Shown: in pieces, positions 19,430 through 28,358 of the stretch
Numbering within the stretch: position 1 is the stretch's first letter
Layout: every line of letters begins with the position of its first letter
Virus record (IMG/VR): IMGVR_UViG_3300042470_001171
Coordinates: 1-64,000 of that record
Reading direction: 5' to 3' (one strand)
Source of the DNA: a virus
Taxonomy: Duplodnaviria; Caudoviricetes
DNA length: 64,000 bases
Notes under the pieces: model-generated
The model's database searches: none
The model's input: only the letters and a program-made list of their open reading frames with translations
Told to the model about the DNA's origin: nothing
Translations under genes and position numbers: made by a program

Positions 19430-19876
19430 CTAGGCCTCCTCCCGGGCAACAGCCCAGATCGGGCCAGACGGGACACAATTACGCCGTCCTAGGTATAGCT
19501 GGAATTTAGGCCGGGCCAGCGCCTTGGCAATGGTGCGGATCTGCTGCAAGTCACCCCGCAGGGTAACGGTAGAACTGAAGTCGCTCAGGTAGTGCCGGGT
19601 GGTGATGGCATTGCGGCCTGGGGCCCCGTCATAGGTGATAGCATCGCGGATGGTGTGGAAGTCCTCCAACACTCCGCCATGGCTTGTCTCGCCTATCTCC
19701 ACCTGCAGCCCGTCCAGTTCCGGCGCTGACTGGCCTCGACGTATCCCCAGGGCAGCACACAACATGCCGCGGATCGCCGACTCAGTTGGGGCATCCTCCG
19801 TCAGTCGTTGCTGCAGCCGTGGCCCGGTGCCATAGGCAGCCATGGGGCCTGCTAGCTTCAGGACTAGCCTAGGCAT
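19430..19876 (-). CDS. cas5e: Type I-E Cas5 (short, 148 aa)
   Basis: LKLAGPMAAYG...R.T...PTESAIRGMLCAALG...DFHT...RHYLSD...LYLGRRNCVPS. Confidence 0.9.
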   Translation of the reverse strand: MPRLVLKLAGPMAAYGTGPRLQQRLTEDAPTESAIRGMLCAALGIRRGQSAPELDGLQVEIGETSHGGVLEDFHTIRDAITYDGAPGRNAITTRHYLSDFSSTVTLRGDLQQIRTIAKALARPKFQLYLGRRNCVPSGPIWAVAREEA

Positions 19877-21122
19877 AGGCCACCTCCTTGCCAGCACCCA
19901 TGGCTACTTGCAGGGCCCCATCAATGGCCCCGTCCAGGGGCTGGCCGAACCAGCCTGGCTGGGTAGTCACTTCAGCTTTGTACAGCGACTTGTCGCCGTA
20001 GATGACGTTTAGCCGGTCCTGGTACTGGCGCAGCGCATCAGCGGCCTGGTGCGGGATACCCTGGGCTAGGAAGTCGTCGTCGGTGGTGCAGCTATTGATT
20101 GACACATGGAATGCCGGTGCCAAGGTGTAAGGCTGAGCCGCTGTCACCCGCACCTGCACATAGTCTGGCCGAGTTAGATGGGCATGGCTGCGCACATAGC
20201 CAGTCGGCAGGGTAGTGCAGAATGCTGTCAGGAATCCCCGGGCAAACTGCTGGGCCAGCTCGGGGTCGCCGATCAAGCGGGCCAGCTCAGTGACATTCAG
20301 GTTGGCATAGCGGTAGTAGACGGGCGAGATGATGGGCAGCTCCCCCAGGTGGCCAGCGCCAGACTTAGATTCCTCATCCAAGGGTTCAATGTCATCTTCG
20401 GCGGTGAAAAAGTCCGGCTCACCAATCACTTGGCCCATGCCCTTGACATTGGTGATACCAAAGGAATTAACCGAGATCGCATCCGCCACTTGGGTGCAGC
20501 CATCGACGCTGGCCTCAGTCAGGCTAGCCATCATCCGGCCAAACAGTGCGACATCCCCTGGTACTTGCTGGCCTAGCTTGCCCAGAGCTTTGCGGATGCC
20601 CTGCAAATCCCTGGCGCTAGGTTTTTCAGGCGCTGGAGCCTTCTTGGGGTTTATATCCAAAGCCTCCTGGTAACGCTGGGCCCGCTCCAGCATATCTCCC
20701 AGTAGCACCGAATGATCGGCGGCCAGAGCGGCAATGGTGTCCAGCTCATGCTCAGACAGGAATAACAGGTTGCCGCTATCCTCCAGCATGGCCGGGATCA
20801 GGTTGTCGTCTTTGAGGTTGAACAAGCCCAACAAGAACCGAGCCACCATCAAGTTATCAGCGTCACCGCCCAAAAAGCCAGTGCAGCAGCAGGATAGGCG
20901 ACTGGCCAGGGCGACGTCATGGCGACGGCTGCGGAAAGCCAAGGCCTTGCGGTCAACGGCCATCCATTCCCCATAGTGTTGCCGGGCGGCCCGTTTCTGG
21001 GACTGGCTGGAGAGCCGGGCCCGCCAGCTACCACCGTATTGGATCTTTTTGGGTGCCCCGGACTTGTCCCGGTTGGCATTGCTGGGCGGTAAAGCGTGGA
21101 TCAGGTGCACTTCGATAAACAT
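19869..21122 (-). CDS. cas7e: Type I-E Cas7 (Cse4/CasC)
   Basis: PSNANRDKSGAPK...GG...RARLSSQSQKR; DVALFGRM; DFFTAEDD; GAGHLG...YYRYA. Confidence 0.95.
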   Translation of the reverse strand: MFIEVHLIHALPPSNANRDKSGAPKKIQYGGSWRARLSSQSQKRAARQHYGEWMAVDRKALAFRSRRHDVALASRLSCCCTGFLGGDADNLMVARFLLGLFNLKDDNLIPAMLEDSGNLLFLSEHELDTIAALAADHSVLLGDMLERAQRYQEALDINPKKAPAPEKPSARDLQGIRKALGKLGQQVPGDVALFGRMMASLTEASVDGCTQVADAISVNSFGITNVKGMGQVIGEPDFFTAEDDIEPLDEESKSGAGHLGELPIISPVYYRYANLNVTELARLIGDPELAQQFARGFLTAFCTTLPTGYVRSHAHLTRPDYVQVRVTAAQPYTLAPAFHVSINSCTTDDDFLAQGIPHQAADALRQYQDRLNVIYGDKSLYKAEVTTQPGWFGQPLDGAIDGALQVAMGAGKEVAYA

Positions 21123-21150
21123 AGGGTTCCTCCCTTAAGGACTGGGCCTG

Positions 21151-21288
21151 GTGGCCACCCCCACCGCCGTGGGGCCTTTTTGGTTGTCGATCCACACCCA
21201 CCGGAGTAGGTTGTATGACGTGTCTGTGCAGGAGACACCCCCACCGGAGTGGGGCCACTGCTCAGCCCTGAGACACCCCCACCAATGC
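21151..21288 (-). CRISPR. Array E: 3 hairpins plus a partial one in the cas6-cas7 junction
   Basis: Hairpins at 21159, 21196, 21239 and a half repeat at 21277 inside the cas6 3' end. Confidence 0.75.
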
Positions 21289-21876
21289 TGGCGCGGGCTC
21301 AGGCGTAGTCACCGCCGCCACCGGCAGCAACGACAGCAGGCCGCAGCCGTACGCCTTTTCCCGGCCAATGCCGTTGACCATGGCATCAGCTAGCCGCTGG
21401 CTATGGGTCACCGTCAGATACCCGTCCACTACCGATACCTCAATGGGGAATGAACGAGTGTAATGCTCACGGCGCACATGATCATGGTGTTTTTGCACTC
21501 GCACCTGGCGCACCTCGAAGGTAGCACCTAGCCGATCCTCCCTGGCGGCCAGCCACTCAGCGGCAGGCACCGGATAGCGCCGACACCGGTCATCCCGGTT
21601 ACTTTGGGCCACAGAGTTGAGCCCCAGGCGGAAGCGGTAACGCTCCCCAACATTAAGCAGGTTATGCCTAAACTCCAGCTTCACCTGGGCCTCATAGGCT
21701 TTAGGCCACTTGGGCTTTTCTACCGACTGCACCAGGATGGATCCGCCGTCAACCCGGAACAATGCCCCGACTTGGCTGCGGGGGTCTGGGCCCAGATCGT
21801 CAGGAAAGCCCGCCATCACATAGCGGTGCAGGCTTCCATGGCCATCTGGCCGGGCAAAACGAGAAAGGTATAGCAT
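21262..21876 (-). CDS. cas6e: Type I-E Cas6 (Cse3/CasE)
   Basis: YLSR, HRYVMAGFP, LFRVD, LVQS...P.W, YRFRL, C-terminal GIGREKAYGCGLL G-loop. Confidence 0.93.
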   Translation of the reverse strand: MLYLSRFARPDGHGSLHRYVMAGFPDDLGPDPRSQVGALFRVDGGSILVQSVEKPKWPKAYEAQVKLEFRHNLLNVGERYRFRLGLNSVAQSNRDDRCRRYPVPAAEWLAAREDRLGATFEVRQVRVQKHHDHVRREHYTRSFPIEVSVVDGYLTVTHSQRLADAMVNGIGREKAYGCGLLSLLPVAAVTTPEPAPALVGVSQG

Positions 21877-22520
21877 TATCGTGATCCTCCGTAAACGGTT
21901 CTGTAATTGGCTTGCCGCAGCCAGTCCACCGCAGCAGTCTGGCTGGACAAAGTAAATGTGTTGCTATCGAACCGCACCACTTGCAGCTCGACGCCCAGGC
22001 GGCCCTGGACTAGCTGGGCACCCCGGGCCTGACGTTGGCCACCTACGATCAGGCGGTGCAGAAAAGCTTGGTCTTCGGCGGCAATAGGGCCATCCTGAAA
22101 ACTGCGCTTGATGCGCCCCACATGATCGCAAATGTCTGCCTTGGCCCGCTCGAAGCTGATCGGCACCCCAGCAATGCAATAAGTTGGTCGGGGCACCGCT
22201 GGCACTATCTCCCAGGTGAAGCTGGACAGCTCCCCGCTATCGCGGTGGGTCCGTAAGCGTTCCACCGTGGACTTAGCCGGTAGGCCAGTCTCATGGAATA
22301 GCACCAGGTGCTTTTTGCTGGGCCGAGTCCAGCGTCGTTGGTAACTGTTGCCCTGGCCGATGGCCTCCCGCACCTGGTCGGCAGGCTTTACCTCCACCAG
22401 CGTGTCGTACTGAGCACCGTCGACGACTATGTCAATGCGGTCCTGACCTACGGGCACCTCAGTGCGGCCACCATGGCGGACGGCCCAAGCGTCCCGAATA
22501 ATGTCATGGGGGAAGTTCAT
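21876..22520 (-). CDS. PD-(D/E)xK nuclease-fold protein coupled to cas6
   Basis: EV...RIDIVV...LVEVK...AIGQ..SY pattern; TAATG overlap with cas6 start. Confidence 0.7.
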   Translation of the reverse strand: MNFPHDIIRDAWAVRHGGRTEVPVGQDRIDIVVDGAQYDTLVEVKPADQVREAIGQGNSYQRRWTRPSKKHLVLFHETGLPAKSTVERLRTHRDSGELSSFTWEIVPAVPRPTYCIAGVPISFERAKADICDHVGRIKRSFQDGPIAAEDQAFLHRLIVGGQRQARGAQLVQGRLGVELQVVRFDSNTFTLSSQTAAVDWLRQANYRTVYGGSR

Positions 22521-22590
22521 CTGTGGTTTTCCAACCCAATTAATGGCTTATAGTTGGATGGTAACACTTTTTTGTTATCTGGAGAACTAC

Positions 22591-23409
22591 ATGACCGACA
22601 TCTTTACCTACCCCTGCATTGCCACCCCCCAGGGCACCGCCAGCCTAGCCGATCTGCTGGCCAGCCCTGAAGCCTACACCGACATCAGCGAACCCCACCT
22701 CACCCGCCAGGCGTTCCTACGCCTGCTGCTAGCCATGGCCAGTGTCACCATGAAAAACCAGCCCCTATCAGGCGATATGCCGCTGTGGAACAACTGGGGC
22801 GAGCCAGGCTTCCTGCAGGTAACAGGCCTGCCTGAGGCCTCCACCCGTAGCCCCCAAGCGATCATGGATTTGATGGATGGCTCCGGCCCCGCCCTGGTGC
22901 CCCGCAACTTCCTAGCCGCCCCAACCGAGGCCGACCTGATCAAGGCGCTGATCACCGCCTACTTCTGCGATAGGCCCGGGCTCAAGGCTCAGGTGAAGGG
23001 CCTGCCAGTATCTGGGCCCAAGCCTAGCCACATGGGCCAGCTAGTGGCCTGGAAGTGGGGCGATACCCTAGCAGACTTCCTGGAGCTCAACGGCGTGGCA
23101 ACGTCCTCCTGGGTGCCCTGGTGGAAGCGCCCCATCGACTACGGCGAGACGCTGGACGCTGACAACCCCGATCTGGTGCAATACCTCATGTGGCCATGGC
23201 GGCGACTCCAGGCATTCCCTGGCGGCATTGTCGTGGCCGCTGGCGTGAAATGCACCGTAGCCGATCCCTGGGCAATTGCCCGGGCCAGCCTGCGCCACCT
23301 GAGCAAAGGGCTAGCCGAGTTCGAGTTGACCGGGCCTGCCAGGGTGTCGGGCATGGTGCTGAACCAGGCTAGCCCGCTGGCGTGGAAGGAATGGGTGATA
23401 GCTAGGTAG
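22591..23409 (+). CDS. cas8e: Shortened type I-E large subunit Cas8e/Cse1-like (272 aa), divergent from cas6/7/5
   Basis: SLADLL...AFLRLLLA, FLQV, GDTLADFLELN, WPWRRL motifs of the Cse1 N-terminal domain; GGAG RBS. Confidence 0.65.
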   Translation: MTDIFTYPCIATPQGTASLADLLASPEAYTDISEPHLTRQAFLRLLLAMASVTMKNQPLSGDMPLWNNWGEPGFLQVTGLPEASTRSPQAIMDLMDGSGPALVPRNFLAAPTEADLIKALITAYFCDRPGLKAQVKGLPVSGPKPSHMGQLVAWKWGDTLADFLELNGVATSSWVPWWKRPIDYGETLDADNPDLVQYLMWPWRRLQAFPGGIVVAAGVKCTVADPWAIARASLRHLSKGLAEFELTGPARVSGMVLNQASPLAWKEWVIAR

Positions 23410-23487
23410 GTCTGCAGGGGGTGTTGACAAGTCGATTCACCCCCTGTATATTGAAATTGTTGAACCACTTACACCGAGGACAAAGCT

Positions 23488-23778
23488 ATGCTCACGAATT
23501 ACAATCCTTCTGAAATAGAAGAATTGAACAAAAAATTGGCCCCTGAGCAATGGGAGCCGATCACGTTTCAAGTCATAGACGAGGACAATAACGTCCACGA
23601 AAACATCCCTGGGAAATCGCTCTGGGTAGATCGCCGCTATGAAGTGGTGACATACCCATCAGGGCGAAAAGGCGTCCAGCTTCTAGGCGGCTGCCTAGAA
23701 ACGGTTCTTCTTCGAGAGCCGGAAACTGAAGAGGGCAAGAAGCAAGCCCTGCGGCTCAACATGCGGGTTGAAGTTTAG
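23488..23778 (+). CDS. Small cassette protein
   Basis: TTGACA/TATATT promoter, CCACTTACACCGAGGA leader, terminator 23806-23831. Confidence 0.7.
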   Translation: MLTNYNPSEIEELNKKLAPEQWEPITFQVIDEDNNVHENIPGKSLWVDRRYEVVTYPSGRKGVQLLGGCLETVLLREPETEEGKKQALRLNMRVEV

Positions 23779-23855
23779 ATCGCCAACCCCCCACCCCTCC
23801 CGCAGACCCCGGCCCCATGGCTGGGGTTTTTGCTTGGGCAGCTATGGCCAGCCTT

Positions 23856-23907
23856 GTGCTATAGTGTTGGCAGGAACCTTGACAACTTGGTGGTAGGTGA
23901 CGGTGGA
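23856..23907 (+). promoter_or_regulatory. CRISPR leader F: TGTGCTATAGT -10, boxA-like GAACCTTGACAA, GGTGACGGTGG
   Basis: Conserved among four arrays. Confidence 0.75.
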
Positions 23908-24492
23908 TCCCACTTCGGTGGGGGTTTTTCGTACCCCCGACAGGGCCTTAACGGCGCGTGGCAAACAGCTCCCCACTTTGGTGGGGGTTTTTCTTTTTTC
24001 TAGCCACGATCAACGGGCTGAGCGACTCGCAAACACCGCCCCACTTCGGTGGGGGTTTCTCCCGTGTGACAGCGCATTCCTTTTCATCCCCGCCTTGGTG
24101 GGGGTGTGTCGATTTGCGGTTAACTCATGCACCCCACCCCCGTGGGAGTCTGTCTGCCATTGCCCGGGCCAGCCAGCTAGCCCCACCACTGTGGGGGTGG
24201 GTCAAGCGGATCCCGTCAGCCCCACAGCGTGGGGGTTTCTCCTGTTACCGGTCATGCCCACCATCGTGGGAGTCTGTCCCTACAAAAATCAGCCCATTCC
24301 GGTGGGAGTCTGTCACCCTGGCTCAGCTACCTAGCCCCACCAGCGTGGGGGTGTCTCGGCTGATTTTGAGGCGGGCGTGGCGGTATCGGTCACCTAGCCC
24401 CACCAGCGTGGGGGTGTCTCGCCTTCGCCTCACGATCCCCACCAGCGTGGGAGTGGATCTTGACAGCCCTTAGCCCACCCCGTGGGAGTCTA
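23908..24492 (+). CRISPR. Array F: about 13 hairpin repeats; two tagged long spacers, then mostly short spacers
   Basis: CCCCAC-N3/4-GTGGG(G/A)-GT recurring at irregular ~36-68 nt spacing. Confidence 0.85.
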
Positions 24493-24634
24493 TATGTACT
24501 ACTTAAATACACCATGTATTCGTTTGCCTCCAAGGAAATTGTATCCGCAACTTTTCAAACCTGCACACCGCAAGGGTTTAGCGCCTTACCTCTAAAAGAT
24601 AATAGGCATTAATTCCCCCAGGCCATTTTTTAGC

Positions 24635-25000
24635 CTATTTTGGATCCAAATACTCCCTCAAAGCCGCTTCAATTACGGTGCTGCGGTAAGAGCGATCCGC
24701 CTCTGCCCGAGCATCCACCAGGGCCAGTAGGTCAGCGTCCAGGGTAATGGCTACCTTGGCCTTGGGCTGGTCGCCCTGCTGGCGGGGTGGCTTGCGCACT
24801 ACCCAGAATGATAGCCGTCGGCGCTTGCCGTCCTCCACCACCTGCTGGTTGATTTTGCCAGCCAGCAAAGCCTGCATGGCCTCCGTCTTTGGCTTGGTCT
24901 TGGACAAAAAGTAGGACGATCCCCAGTTTTCGGCCATGGCCACGGCGGGGTCTTCGTCCTGGTGGATAGAGATAGTCAGAAGGTTGGTAGTGGTTGCCAT
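24635..25000 (-). CDS. Protein with C-terminal ribbon-helix-helix (CopG-like) domain
   Basis: KVAITLDADLLALVDARAE...RSTVIEAALREYL. Confidence 0.7.
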   Translation of the reverse strand: MATTTNLLTISIHQDEDPAVAMAENWGSSYFLSKTKPKTEAMQALLAGKINQQVVEDGKRRRLSFWVVRKPPRQQGDQPKAKVAITLDADLLALVDARAEADRSYRSTVIEAALREYLDPK

Positions 25001-25198
25001 AGTCATACCTTTGGGCGCTGTCAAAAGTATGCCCATAGTCATACTTTGCAAGGGGTTGCAAGGTATGACCCTATCCATTGCAGAGGTATGAACCCCCCAA
25101 AACCCTAGCGCCAAGGCTGGCCTAGCGTTCGTGGCCTAGCGCCAAAACAAAGCCCCCAGCGAGGGCTAGGGGTGGAGGGTGGGGGGGTAACGCCGAAT

Positions 25199-25510
25199 CT
25201 ACCAAATAGTAGACTGGATAGGATGCCCTTCGGCATCCTGGTAACAGACTTCAAGATCTTCTCCCTGAATGTTCAGCTTCGTCACGTGCTCAAAGTCGTC
25301 GACAATCCGGCAGTGCTCCGGCAACCCCAAGCACTGAGACTCGGGAATGCGGGCAGCCGCAACGTACTGAAAATAGGAACCCGCTTCGGTACGGGTGCTG
25401 GGTATTTCCAACCATTCAATCCCGGGAATAACAGGAGAGTGATGGGAAGTCAATTGCCCGTCACGGACGTCACAGACAACAAGCTTTACATTTTCAACTT
25501 TAGTATTCAT
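25199..25510 (-). CDS. Small cassette protein
   Basis: Promoter cassette, CCACTTACGGAG leader and terminator. Confidence 0.65.
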   Translation of the reverse strand: MNTKVENVKLVVCDVRDGQLTSHHSPVIPGIEWLEIPSTRTEAGSYFQYVAAARIPESQCLGLPEHCRIVDDFEHVTKLNIQGEDLEVCYQDAEGHPIQSTIW

Positions 25511-25600
25511 AACCTTCTCCGTAAGTGGTTCAACAATTTCAATATACCCCCGCCATATCGGCATGTCAATACACCCCCAGTAAATTACTGGCACAACCTC

Positions 25601-25680
25601 TGGCACACTCCCACCACAGTGGGATCCGCCTGCAGCAGTCCAGCGACACACCTCCACGACACACCCCCACCGCAGCGGGG
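25601..25680 (-). CRISPR. Two-repeat mini-array directly after the ATPase stop codon
   Basis: CCCCGC-TGCG-GTGGGG-GTGTGTCG, 32-nt interval, TCCCAC-TGTG-GTGGGA-GTGTGCCA. Confidence 0.65.
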
Positions 25681-25686
25681 AACCTG

Positions 25687-26979
25687 CTAGGCGGTCTCCT
25701 GGCCTGGCTTGGTCCGGTAGAATGGCGTCAGTCGCTGGATCGGCGGGATAGCCAGATCAGGCACAACGCCGATCCTCAGGCTATTGGCGTAGATGGCATA
25801 GGTGCGGTTTACCCCGGGCTGGTTGCGGATCTGGCTGTGGTAGCCTTGGGCAGCCTGTCGGTCGGCGGGGGAGCGGATCAAGGCAGGATCCTGGAGCATG
25901 TTGTCAATGCTCTTGCTGTTGCCCTCCATCGGCTTGCCCAGGTTGTCCTGGGTGGTCTTGCAGCCTAGCCCCAGGGTGCATAGGTTATCCCGTAGGCCAC
26001 TGCTAAAGGTATTCCTGCCGCCAGACAGGCTCAGATCGCCTAGCAGGTGCGACTGGTTCACCATGATCAGGTGCATGTTTAGCTCCCGGCCTGCGGCGAT
26101 CAGACTAAGCAAGCGTTGCTCCATGGCCGACTTGACAGAGCCCTCCATGGCGCTGCACTTGCCCTTTAGCAGCATCCATTCGTCGAATACCGCCCAGATG
26201 TGGTTACCCACCGGGCGGCCCGCTTGGTTCAGCTCAAAGCGTCGTTCTAGCTCAGCTTCCAAGTCCCTGACTACCATCACATAGTCAACGCCAGACTTCA
26301 TCCTGGTAACAGCTGGGGTCAACTGTCCCCACTTGGAGCCCTTGGGATCACAGATCACCAGTTCATCGCCGCGGTTGGCCAGGATAGCGCACAAGCACTG
26401 AAGCAGGTGAGTTTTACCGGATCCAGTCGTCGCCGATAGCAAGATATGGATCTGGCTGGCCAGGTACTGGGGCAGGCTAGTGGCCAGCGGTACTGGCTTC
26501 CACCCCTCCACCACTGGCTCCGGTGGCGTCGCTGGCTGGCTTGGCGGTGGTGGTGACGGTGCGGGGCTCGCTGGGCTGGGCTGGCTTTTGGCCTTTGCTG
26601 GACTTTCCCCCTCCGTCTCCAGAGGGGGCAGCACTTTTGGGGCGCTAGCCATGGCACGTTCTATGAACATGTCCAACGTTTCCCGTTGATCAGCTTTCAA
26701 GCCTTGGAGCAATACCGATGGATCCTGGTAACTCTTGGCTACGATCTGACGGTTCTTGCGCAGCCTGCGGGCACCGTCGTAGGCCACCAGGCTAGCGGCG
26801 GCATAAGCAACTGCAGGGATCGACGAAAATGCAGAGAACAGCAGAAACACAACAACCCCCAAGGGTACATGGGCCTTAGGGATCTGTTGGGCGTAGTGCT
26901 GCCTCAACATATCGTTGAGAAATTCTGGAGCTTGCGAACTGCCTTTCAGGCTACTTGGCACGGGCTTTTGCTGACTCAT
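25687..26979 (-). CDS. Membrane-anchored FtsK/HerA-superfamily ATPase (Tra/coupling-protein-like)
   Basis: N-terminal hydrophobic helices, Pro linker, ATTGSGKT, DPKG, VFDEW, GRE...VNQS. Confidence 0.8.
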   Translation of the reverse strand: MSQQKPVPSSLKGSSQAPEFLNDMLRQHYAQQIPKAHVPLGVVVFLLFSAFSSIPAVAYAAASLVAYDGARRLRKNRQIVAKSYQDPSVLLQGLKADQRETLDMFIERAMASAPKVLPPLETEGESPAKAKSQPSPASPAPSPPPPSQPATPPEPVVEGWKPVPLATSLPQYLASQIHILLSATTGSGKTHLLQCLCAILANRGDELVICDPKGSKWGQLTPAVTRMKSGVDYVMVVRDLEAELERRFELNQAGRPVGNHIWAVFDEWMLLKGKCSAMEGSVKSAMEQRLLSLIAAGRELNMHLIMVNQSHLLGDLSLSGGRNTFSSGLRDNLCTLGLGCKTTQDNLGKPMEGNSKSIDNMLQDPALIRSPADRQAAQGYHSQIRNQPGVNRTYAIYANSLRIGVVPDLAIPPIQRLTPFYRTKPGQETA

Positions 26980-27463
26980 GGCCACCTCCTAAGAAACCGG
27001 GCACCTTTCCGCCCCGGCTAAGGTACTGCTGGACACACAACTGCATTCCAAACACACAGGCCAGGATCGACGCTACGGCCTGCCAGCGGATGTCGCCAAA
27101 CGTCACTCCACCAATGGCCACCAACTTATAACTGGATACTGGCGGCCACACCAAAAGGCCTGCAATAAAGTCCACCGCATAGCCCAGCGTGGCCCAGAGG
27201 GTAGCATCCAGCAGCTCTTCTGGATCCGCCAGAGCAAAGCTGGGCACCTTGCCGCCGACCAACTTATTTAGCGTCGGGAAAATTCCCGCGCCGCCATTGG
27301 TGAGGAATATAGGCTTCAGCTCGAAGCCCTGGACAAGCAGAAACACCACGACAGCGATTAGGCCACCCAGGCGACCGCCAAAGGTATCCTGGCCGACGGC
27401 GTTATAGGCCTTGAGGCTGTTGACAAAGATCGCTCCAGCCAACACCAGAAACAAGTACTTCAT
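26951..27463 (-). CDS. Multi-pass membrane protein
   Basis: About four hydrophobic segments; GGAGG RBS. Confidence 0.7.
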   Translation of the reverse strand: MKYLFLVLAGAIFVNSLKAYNAVGQDTFGGRLGGLIAVVVFLLVQGFELKPIFLTNGGAGIFPTLNKLVGGKVPSFALADPEELLDATLWATLGYAVDFIAGLLVWPPVSSYKLVAIGGVTFGDIRWQAVASILACVFGMQLCVQQYLSRGGKVPGFLGGGHESAKARAK

Positions 27464-27954
27464 TGGCCACCTCCCGCATGACGGGCCAGCCATGCCTGCT
27501 TGTACTGGCCGACGTCAAGGGTGCCATTGAAGGCGTACTCTTGTACTCTGCCATCGCCGTCGATAACGCCAGTATTGCCAGAGGTGTCGCACACCACCTG
27601 GCCACGGCTGTAGGTGCGGCCCTGCCAGTTGATAGGCATCATGCCCTCTGCAATGGGTTGGGCGGTAATGTCAGTGGCCCCGGTTACAGCCGTCTCTGGC
27701 CGCTGGAAATCAGCCTTGACGTAGTGAAAGGTGCAGCCCGCTTCATAGCGTTGGGCTGCCACCTCAGCCATTTGGCTTAAGTGGTCCTGGGTGCTGAGCG
27801 CGGCTACCTGCTCCTTGGCCGACTCCCGGCGTTGCTCTTTCACGGCCTTGCCGTCCTGCAGGATAGCAGCCCCCTGCTCAGTGCCACCTGAAAACAGGGT
27901 AAAGCCCACCAAGACAAGGCCGCCAATGGGCAAAATCAATTCTTCAATGCTCAT
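27460..27954 (-). CDS. Membrane-anchored hypothetical protein
   Basis: N-terminal hydrophobic segment; overlaps neighbours. Confidence 0.65.
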   Translation of the reverse strand: MSIEELILPIGGLVLVGFTLFSGGTEQGAAILQDGKAVKEQRRESAKEQVAALSTQDHLSQMAEVAAQRYEAGCTFHYVKADFQRPETAVTGATDITAQPIAEGMMPINWQGRTYSRGQVVCDTSGNTGVIDGDGRVQEYAFNGTLDVGQYKQAWLARHAGGGQ

Positions 27955-28358
27955 TCGTCCATCCCTCCAGCGTAGGGGTTTTCAGGCTTGGGGGTGGGAT
28001 CGGTAGCCCGACGGCGGCGCTCCATGACTACACTGCCAGCCACCATGGCGGCAACAGCGGCCAGCACCGCAATGAACAGCCAGGGCGGGCCAGCGGGCTC
28101 AGCCACCGCAGCAACCGGCTCAGCCACGGGTATAGGCTCAGTGGTTGCCAGCGGCGTAGCTACAGGCACCGCCTGGCCATGCTGGGTGAGGCCACGGATG
28201 TCGCAAACACCCGCAGCGTCTAGCTCAAACCATGCCTCTCTGGGACTGAGGCCAGCCTCCAGCGGGTATTGCTGATCGCCCCATAGCAGGTAGTTGGTGT
28301 CCCGGGGGGCGGGGCTCGATACCATGTCCTGGCACCGAGGCTTTGTAAGTGGATCCAT
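27951..28358 (-). CDS. Membrane protein (C-terminal TM helix followed by RRRR)
   Basis: Operon context; start uncertain. Confidence 0.5.
   Translation of the reverse strand: MDPLTKPRCQDMVSSPAPRDTNYLLWGDQQYPLEAGLSPREAWFELDAAGVCDIRGLTQHGQAVPVATPLATTEPIPVAEPVAAVAEPAGPPWLFIAVLAAVAAMVAGSVVMERRRRATDPTPKPENPYAGGMDE

Noticed and set aside
22462-22590. Longer ORF-track start for cas8 (also the upstream starts given for 16309, 12405, 7420 and 6717)
   Set aside because: They overlap divergent genes, promoters or arrays; downstream ATGs have better RBS or motif support
22826-22843. Partial match of the short array A spacer to cas8; similar 10-13 nt hits for other spacers near 26077, 42920, 49110 and 52308
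   Set aside because: Seed mismatches or too short, and no consistent PAM
19430-23409. Interpretation as a CRISPR-associated transposon
   Set aside because: No TnsA/B/C or TniQ-like genes or transposon ends recognised; context is a tailed phage
24493-24634. AT-rich stretch with AAACC...GGTTT dyad after array F as an alternative leader or recombination site
   Set aside because: Repeat polarity and the conserved leader place the promoter at 23856; the dyad alone is too weak to call
28201-28211. Isolated TCGCAAACACC identical to the crRNA tag
   Set aside because: Inside a CDS on the opposite strand with no hairpin; plausibly chance
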